From assembly GCA_977016875.1 (NCBI GenBank), contig CDRNST010000167.1, positions 434,001 to 498,000 of the forward strand: a DNA stretch of 64,000 bases, written 5' to 3'. This DNA comes from Pavona decussata (Eukaryota). The notes below the pieces were generated by a model. It did no database searches. It was not told the origin of the DNA and saw nothing but the letters and a program-made list of their open reading frames with translations. Positions 53,201-62,982 of the stretch are shown here, in pieces (within the stretch, counting starts at the first letter, position 1; every line of letters begins with the position of its first letter). The position numbers were made by a program, and so were the translations under genes.

Positions 53201-56200
53201 GTACCTTCATACGGATGAAAAGGGGGCATTTTTTTCTGTTATATGATAGACCAAAAACAATTTAAACTTGTGAAGTGGATATGTGAGTAGTTGACTGATA
53301 GAATTGAAATCTACATGTATTAATATACGTTGCATGTTCAACTGGGGCATTTAAAGCTTTTTCTTTGCTAACAATCCTTCAGTCTAGCTTTTTGTGTCAC
53401 AGCATTTCTCGGCAAAGATGAATGGACTCAGTGTAACTGTTCCAAGGCAAATGAGGAAGTGTCTGGTAATTATTGGCTCTAAAACATAGTAAATGGTCAC
53501 TTTTTTTTACAATGTTTTTTTTTTGTCATTGTTCAAAAAGATGGAACCTGGATGCCCCTCCAAATTACGCAGTGTAGCAGTGGAAAGCCAAAGGAGTCTG
53601 TTACGTCTTGATTTTGAATTGAATTAAGCCAGGAGCTTAATTACACACTTGTGGCACTTGTGGCATCTATGACATTTTATTGTTTTACTATGGTGTAATG
53701 CAAATCCTAATTAGCATTCCCAACATCTTTTAAATTATCACCGTGGGTTTCAATAACATTTTTTGCTATCATAACATAAAACAGTAAAAAGTGGTGTCTA
53801 TAATAAACGAAGAAAGCCGTGAATCGTCTAGCATGTAATGTTGGTTCTTTGTACAGTGTAGGAAAACAGAACAATATGATAGTTATTCAAACCTGTGAAC
53901 AAACAGTGACTGATGATCTTCATAGGTTTTCTTCATCCAATCAGCAGCAGAGTTTACACCTATTGAATAACGTCAACAATAAACCAGTTTCAAAAGCTCT
54001 GCAATCGACGCAAATAAAACCAAAAAAATTGTTTCCACGGATTAAAATAATTACCTGGTACAAGTGGCGCCAACTGGCAAAAAAGTTTCATACACTGATG
54101 TCGACATTCAGTGCTAGGTTTCCCACATTGTTTCATAAGCCAGGGAATCACATGAATCAGTGTTATGCTACTCAATGTTCCAAATCCCCTGAAGCATTAA
54201 AGCAAAGGAGGATAAGTCTAGTTTGCCCATGGTTCTCTGATGTACCGCCACAAGCAACCAATAACAAAGTATGCATGAAAGTTGTCTATCAAAAAGAAAC
54301 CAAAATTTTCCATGATGCTATATTGCTCCCGTGTCAATGAGCAAGTATTATTCCAGGCCTACTCTGGGACACGTACAAAGTTGAGATTAAACTGCAACCA
54401 TGCTGGAAAATCTTGAAGCACTGTAACCTGACAAACATTTTTTCATGATATCATCAGGAGAGCAAATGTACTACAAACCACTCGTGCCAGTGGCGAATTT
54501 GCAGATTTGTTAGATTTCACATACTGTGTCCCAATGCCACTGGTAAATGCATTATGCAGCAACAAATACCCGTGATACACCTAGGGCATACTCGGAAAGA
54601 GAAAATGTATTACTATTTGGTTATACGTCCGACACTGGTATTATTGTACATTTATTCTGTTCTACTTTAAGGGAGCCTCATATTATAAGCCTTATGGTTT
54701 CCTTTTAGGCTTCCTCACCACTTTCTTTCTTTTATGTAACCATGCATTTTTGTTCTTTTGATTTGCTTTGCGGTAAAATAAAATAGTGATTGAAATTGAA
54801 CTCGAATTTTCTTTTTTCCAAGTATGCCTGAGCTACTGACTGAAAATACATCTATTTCACAATAATAACATTTCCGAAAATTAAACTTGCCTGGGAATTC
54901 TTCTGCGTTTGTTTTCTTTGTTCAGCGACTTTGCCTGAACTTTAATTATTCTTTCCAGATGTGTAATAACTTGAATACATTGCTCTTGAGTACCTTGCAA
55001 AGAGAAGTTGACAACGATTTTAAATTCTGCTATATTCATCTCCATTAGTAGCACAACTGTTATTTTTACTGTTATAAGTCTTACGTTAGATGCCTGTCTA
55101 GTACAAACATCTCTGTATTCCACAACAATACAAGCACGTGGTAGTAATTTTACTGCAATCAAGTCAATCGTTTTTTTAAAATAAATGCTCTCCCCAAACC
55201 AGAACAAAATTAAAGTTGGATTTTCATGAAGTGCATTTTTTCTCCCTTCTCCCAGCATTTTCTCCTTATATATTGCAATATTACAGTGAAGCGCCAAATG
55301 AAATCTCATGAGTCGACAGTGTTGAAACATGTTTTACATAACATCTGGGGAAGAATACATAGTTTGTGCAACTTACATATCACTTCAGTTACAAATATAC
55401 AAAAGTTCCTATCGCTTTAGTTAACTTTATAAGTAATCCCAATCACAATTGTCCATTTACATTACTCCTCCACAAAGATACTAGACACATAGCCTTATTT
55501 GGTCTTTTATAGCATAACAAACCAAACGTAACCTACGTTAATACACAGATGAGTTTGGAACTTAGTACAGATTGCTTTACCTCTTGCTTGGTCATCATTG
55601 TGAGCAAGAGACAAACTTTCCAAGTAGTTTGCAAGAATTTCCAACACGAAAATATCAACCAAAGAAGACTCCTCCCTAGATATTGAACAATAAGTTCCTG
55701 TTACTACACATGAATCACAACCTGTACAGGCAGTTATTAATTCTGGCGGCATGAACTAGAGTATCAGCCTTGATTATGTGATCAATTGAAAATATGCAGA
55801 TAATTTCACCAAAAGGACAAATCAACCTTTTTAACAAAATGCAAGCCCCCAAAAAGAAAATAAGTCTTATCAGCACGTCTTGCTATATCACGTAAACAAT
55901 GAATACAAAACTACTTGGTTCAGTGTGTAGCTCTTTAAATGCTTTAGTCTTTCATAGTTCTGTTACGGAAAACCTTCATCGTTTTTGAATAAACCCATGT
56001 TTGACAATGAATCACAACCCGTAGACAGTTATTAATTCTGGTAGCTTAAACTAAAGTTTCAGCCTTGATTACGTGATCAATTGAAAATGTGCAGATAATT
56101 TCACCAAGGGTACAAATCAACCTTTACCAAAATACAAACCCCAACAAAAGACAAGGAGTCTATATTCCGTAAACAATGAATACAAAACTATTTGTTTCAG

Positions 56201-59200
56201 CGTGTAGTTTTTTCAAAAATGCTTTAGTCTTTTATAGTTGCATTGCGGAAAACATATCTGGGTTTTCAAATAAACCCATGTTTGACTATGTCTTCTTTGA
56301 TTACGTTGAGCCACCTATTTTTTACAGTACAGGGTTGCCTTAAAACGTCTTGCCTGAAAATCGTGTAGATGTTGTTAAAGGCCAAAGCAGCACCAAGCCT
56401 TTTTGCTGTACTTGGGTGGAGAGCCAGGCTGTAGAGACGCTTTAACAGAGACTTGATATTGATTGGACTCTTCTCTAATTGCTACAAATGCATATAAAAC
56501 AACACATCAGCCAATACCAAACCAAACGTCATCTGGTGTCACTCAATTAACAAGTAAAGGAATAAATTAGTAGTTCTTTCATGAACCAACCTGCAGGTTA
56601 TGACATTAAGATAATCCATACCTTTGAGGTGGGTACGCTTGACCTTCAGTACAAAATCTGTAGACACGCCTTACAGGGCTTACCCTAAATCAACTGTTTT
56701 GGTAGAGGTACTTTCAGCATGCTAATCATGCGTCCTACCCATTTGCCTTGTTCACATTTTGTTGGCATAAAGGTCTGATAACGTACCAAACACCACAAAA
56801 TGATACATTTCAGCTTGATAGGCAAGACAAACAAAACATTCTGGGTCTCTGCTTGTGTTGGGCTGGACATGAATTGCCAGCAATGACTTTCAAAGTAGGC
56901 ATCGAGAATGTGTTCACCAGTGATCTAAGGCCACGAATATTGCGAGATTCTTCGCATACTGGTTGACAGAGCCATGTAGGAAATGGAAATCAAATGTTTG
57001 CAATGTTAAAGAAGCAGAGAGTAGAATGCCCAATTTAAGAAATAATGAGCATGATGTGCTCAGGGCAAACTGGATGGACAGATTTCTGTAAGGAATGCTA
57101 AGGGAACGAGAAACTATATAAGGGCTGCAGTGCCACCCTGTAGAGACATAATAAGAGCTCATTGACAGAAAAGGACAGAGTATAACTTGTGCAAGAAGTA
57201 TCACCTACCAGAACGCTTTGCATATGGTGCTAGAAGAAGAACAAAGAATGCATACCAAGATGAACCGGGAAACAGGAGAGACATTTAGTGTACAAGAGAT
57301 TTTTTTTTTTTTTTTTTTGCATATTGTTGCAGGTAGGAAGATGACCTAGCCTAATCAAGAAACAACTTGTGCCTCGGTTTTCTTTGCTGATTTCAAAGGC
57401 GTGATCACATTGAAAATATGCTAATATTTGGTTGACTAAAGATGTTCCACTCATCCTGATTTTAAAAAGAACTAACATTTAATAAATCTTACTTTGCAAA
57501 ACAAGATACAACTTGTAACTTAAACTTATGAATGTTACAAATGTCCTTATGTTTTCCCCTTTGTTTTATACAATAAAAGTTTGATAACTCTTATATCAGC
57601 AATATGTGTCTCTTTTATCAGATGTTTGTTTCATTTGTAGAATTGAAGTTAAATTATTTTTCATAGGAACATGACAAACCTTTTCGCTTGTCTGTTTTAT
57701 TGACCACTGTAGGAATTCCCGTACACACTGGGCACTGAAATCTCGCAAAGCAGTGTCAGCATGGTGAACAATGCCATCCTAGAATTCAAAGCACACAGTC
57801 ATGGCCTTGCACAATGAAACAGTGAATGAATAGACAACTTCAGAATACATGACAAGGAAAGGAAGGAAGTGTAGTTGTACCAGAATTGCATCTAGAAGAG
57901 CCATTGTTTCAGGACTTTCATACTTTCTGTTGTTGGTGAACCAGTGGATCAACTGGAAAACTAATGGCTTGAATAACTGTTCCGCTACCTAGCATATCAA
58001 ACAAGATAATTATTACAAAAACACATGAAAACATGATCTGGGTTTAAAAGGCATGTCACACTCACCCTCACAAAATAAAGATACCAAATTCAGTGGTAAA
58101 ACAACGAACTTTTTCAATGAAAGGAAACCCTGAAACTATCCGAGGCAATATTAATCGTTCAAGGGATAGACTTTGAAATATTCCCCAAGACGTCTGATTA
58201 ATGACTTACCACTAAGGATGATTTTAACAGTACTCAATAAATGTAGTTTAACTTTTCACACAAAAGTGTAAGACTAGCACTGATGGTAACTGACAAAAGA
58301 TAAGTAACACGCTCGCCTTCTGGTTGTGGAGCACAAGGTAGCATTGATAACTGAACAGATCAACAGCAAAATGTAATCCATTTGCTAAATCCCAAAAGCC
58401 ATCGTTCCATTGTCTGTCGTTTACCCCAACGATCTCAGAAGTTAAATACAGTTTCCATCAGTTTGTAATATAAGGTAGATAAAATGCCCATGCTTCATTA
58501 CTATTTGCTTAAATTACCTGTTCAACATCACACGCCAGCTGAAGAAGGCAAGGAAACACATGCTTCCACAATTTCTCCATTGGACTCTTTAAACAAGGAA
58601 TTGAACAAGATACAAATGTAAACCACATCATTGCACCAACAAACCAATAACTCTGCTCAGGATGCAACTGTGGATTTTGCTATGCGTTCAAAAAATCACT
58701 TAATGAGGACATTTCATTTAAGGTGGAATCCACGATCCTTCATATGTGGCTAGGTACAATTTGTTCACAGAAACTACCAAAATTATTTTAAGGGTTCCAC
58801 CTTCACCCACTAGTACGAGAAACTTTAATAGTGTTGTTGAAATTTTACCAATAATCATATATTCCTTACCTTTGAAGTTAAACCCTAAATGAAAGCTTAC
58901 AAGGTTAATTAATTCTAAACCACAACGAAAGTACTAAATATCTTAGGTAAATCTTGACGGGGTCAAACACTGGAATGAAGTTGTTTGAGGCTTGATAAGG
59001 GCTAATCCAGGTTTACTACCATGGCAGCTTAAAGGTTTAACCAAGGATTAGTGCTAATCAGGCTTTGAACAACTCGGCCCAGAACGTCAATAAAGTTAAA
59101 TATATTCACAGTTCACAGCAATCACCAAAATCAATTAGCTTCTTACTTTCTTTCCCTGAGGCTGTGTGACACTTTTGCCAAGCATGTAGAGAACAAGAGA

Positions 59201-62200
59201 GTGAAGAGCCTCACAAGCAGCAACCTTTGGCAATAAAAAATGTTTCATGTGATCACTACAGACCCAAGGTGAGAAATCAGGGGCGGGAAAAACATGGCAA
59301 AAGATCTTTCCTCTTGTCATTTCTTTTCCATTTTTTTCATTACTTTGACTTTCCCTTGCTCCAACTTTCTGCCCCCGAGTCTCTGAGGATAATCGGAATA
59401 AATACAACATTCAAGCACACTGGATAAAGCAATTCAGGATTAGATTTAAAATTTCAACCAATTCAATGATAAAAATGCCGATTCTGAATTTTTTTGTCCA
59501 GGGTACTGTTGTTTCTACACGTTCGTACTACAGAAAAAAATAATTACTTTAAATATTGTTATAGATTAAACGATTCTTCAAGTAAAGGAATAGCAAGTCC
59601 CACTTACAACATATAAACATACTAACTTGAGAAAATTTCAGTTAAAGTATTATTAGAACGAGAAAGGTTAATGATCTAGTTAGGGTTTGATTTAAGATTG
59701 AGTTACGTTTGAGTTACAGTTTGTAACTCAAATTTTGACTAAGAAATGGTAAATGGTAAATTTAAATTGAAGTAAGACTGACATGTCACATTTCATGGCT
59801 CTTAAATGGGCAAAACGTTATATTTTTCTGAGTTCTAAATTGTCACTACTCGTTCACTTCTCGTGACATTGGCTAACGGATCTCTACTTATCTCTATGCA
59901 GTCGGTGAAATCTAAAAGCCCAACTGCAAGAGGTTTGTTACCCAGACAAATTAAATAACTAAAGCTTTCCTTAAAGTTAGAGTTGAGAAAGCGGTAAAAA
60001 CCTCATCCTACGGGTTCTAATGTAGCATAATCACAAAAATGTGATGAATTTGGAAGAAGGAATATAGAGCAAGCACTTACCTTTGTTTGTCGGTCACTTG
60101 ATGTTGTTGCAAGTTCGACTACACGGGGTAAAAATGGATCTGCAAATTTCATATGCATCAAGCCAAGAATAAGGTAATATGAGCAATGTATTTTATGAAA
60201 ATGTTGCCTTCAATAATTATTGGTCAGAGCACTTGTCCACTAAAGGTTATTTTCTACAATATTTTCAAGTTTTTGGTTTTAATCATACCTAAATCAATTT
60301 CAGGCTTCATGTCTTGAAAAGGAACAGCAAAACCTAGATGGTTTTCAGTGTCCCAAGCCACAGCCCTTGAGGGATCGATCTCTCTGCTCCCAAGAAGCAG
60401 GATGTTTGTCTGGCCTCCTAAACTCCCCAGCAGTCTGAGAATCTGATGGCGAACAGTGGCCAATGGAGTAAGGGTGCTCTAAAGAAGAAAGGCAGAATAT
60501 CACATAAAAAAGATGGTACTAATTCCAGTACAATAATTACCTCCCTTTTCCTTTTTTCACCTAACAAGAGAAAAATGCTAGTGTCAAATCTTTGCCTTCG
60601 AGAAATTGAGCATGTACGACTTGTCTAGAAGAGACCCTGGCAAAATTTATCGGTAATGTGACGGGCTTTCAACCCGCTATAAGCAACATTAATTCAGAAT
60701 GTGGTTTCAGTCTAGAAGGGTAGAAATGAAGTGTCCTGGCATCTATGACGATAAAGACTACATAGAATTTTAGAAAGGTCGAGCAAGTGGACATGAATTG
60801 CCCTGAAACATCTTCTTAAAAACTTCAAGTGATAAAACCAAACAAAAACACATAAATTACGTCTTCACAGTCAAACTTCAGATCCAGTGAAACTTTAAGT
60901 GCTATGTGACATTTCAAATAAATAACTGCAGGGAGAATGGTTCTGGTATCTCAAGGACAGCCGGATTTGAAAATGTCGTGACATACACATCATTATAGGC
61001 TTCCTTCGTCACCTGTTGTGGGGACTGTTTGTTGACTTTCAACAATCTAAGAGGAATTTTCCTCCCTCCTGATCCATGGCGGGATGCTGTGCTTAGTACA
61101 ATGGTCTTAGACCCTTCAGATAACTGATCCTCTTCATCTGTGCAAAATGAATGCAATAAGATAAATATAAGATATAAGATAAATAAGATAAATAAGATAA
61201 ATAAGATAAATTTAAAAGACACTATAAAGAAAGTCATGTACGTTTACAAAGAACAAAGCAACAAAATCACACGATAATTATTCAAAGTACTGACAACTGA
61301 CTGCAATAAGGAGGACCGTGTTTGAAATGATGACTACAAATTCTTCAGCACAGGACCGCGTTCCATGATATCATTACGAGTACTCACAGGGAGGGGTTCA
61401 CGGTTCTGGGCATGTCCACGAATCAAAATACTTTTTCACCTTTGCTCGTTATGACCCAAGCCTGTTTAATTTAATTCCACGGCGTTGTTTATGAATCCTT
61501 CAGAAGGGAATAGGTAACTCGGGTGGTAATTTTTTCATATGATTGCGTTATTTCGCATGCAAATAACTGCAAACACATCAACCATGGAATAAATCCTACG
61601 GCTCAACACTCAATTCAATATTAACAATATGAGTACAGTCCACTAGCATTTTCTGTAAATTTTGGTCATCAGTCATTTTGCTTGGACTAATTATAGAATG
61701 TGATTACTCAAGTATATGTGACTGAGACTTTTAAAGCCAAAGTTGATAAGAAAGAGAAAAAAGCATTTAGATTCATGCACATGCGCTGAAATGTTAACCC
61801 CTCCCTTCAAGTTTATGGCACAAATATAACGTGGCATGACAAAGACATTCGTTATTGCTCTTACTTGATTCAGCAGAAGATTTGAGGTAGCCATCCAAAC
61901 AAGGAAGGATTTCAGTTAGGTAAGGATTCAACTTTTCAGGAGGGAGAGCAGCCGACCAACTCTGTAAGGCATCCAGGCCAGCTTGAGCCAAAGGAGTGTA
62001 ACTCAAACCAAGTTTAAATGTAAGCTAAAAATCAGATCAAAACAAATACAACTCAGAACCCAAAGTGTGGCCTCTTCAAACTACGGCAAGTTTCAAGCTG
62101 TCCAAAGTTTGCACATTTCTAAGAGAAATGGCTTGACAGGGTGAAAAGAACAAGGGTACAAATGAATGTTGTGTCGATAGCACTCAAATGCTGCATTAGA

Positions 62201-62947
62201 AAATTCACTCTGCAGTGTATGTTGAAGTGCTAAGTGAAAGAGTCGACTCTCCGATCCATCAAGGAACAAATCCATTTTCTCCTATTCATATTAGTACTGA
62301 CAATAAACTGTTATTTACATCTGTTTGTTTCACAGAAATGTAGCCTGTTCATAAGAGTATCTTACCTTTACAGCTAGCACAAAGGAAGCCACATCAAGCT
62401 TCACTATTTCAAGGGGAAGAGAAAGAATCAGCCTCAGACAGGACGCTAGCAAGTCATCTTTATACTGCTGCATCCTGATCAGCACCTGTAAACACGCAGA
62501 GAAAAACAAGAATTGCAATGATCACGATGCAAATAATATAAAGTATGACAGCCACAGACACAGTATAAAGAACCATTTATGACCGATAGACATTGTAAAT
62601 CTTGCTTGAAATTTCTTGCATGTACTGACAGCAGAAGCAAGGGAATTTTCTTATTTACAGATGAATTTCTTGTACGTAGAATCTAAAGAACATTCAATCT
62701 GTTATTCAACCAGTCAGGAGCGTAGGTCAAAGAAGACATCTGAACTGAGTTACTGAGAAACTGGTGGAAAGCTAGGTCATTCAAATAGCATGCACTGTAA
62801 CACTAGTAAATGCAAGGAATCAGTCCGATATTATATATTATACTTTTTATACTACATTCTTGCATTTTTTCTTCTTGTGCATATATTTTCCTTTTCTGAT
62901 CTATGATCGTAACATCTGATTTGTATTTTTATCTGATGAATAAAGAC

Positions 62948-62982
<35 letters not shown>

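Noticed and set aside
53819-54340. 173-aa plus-strand ORF, and other plus-strand ORFs overlapping exons
   Set aside because: Antisense shadows of PRKDC exons with no recognisable protein similarity.
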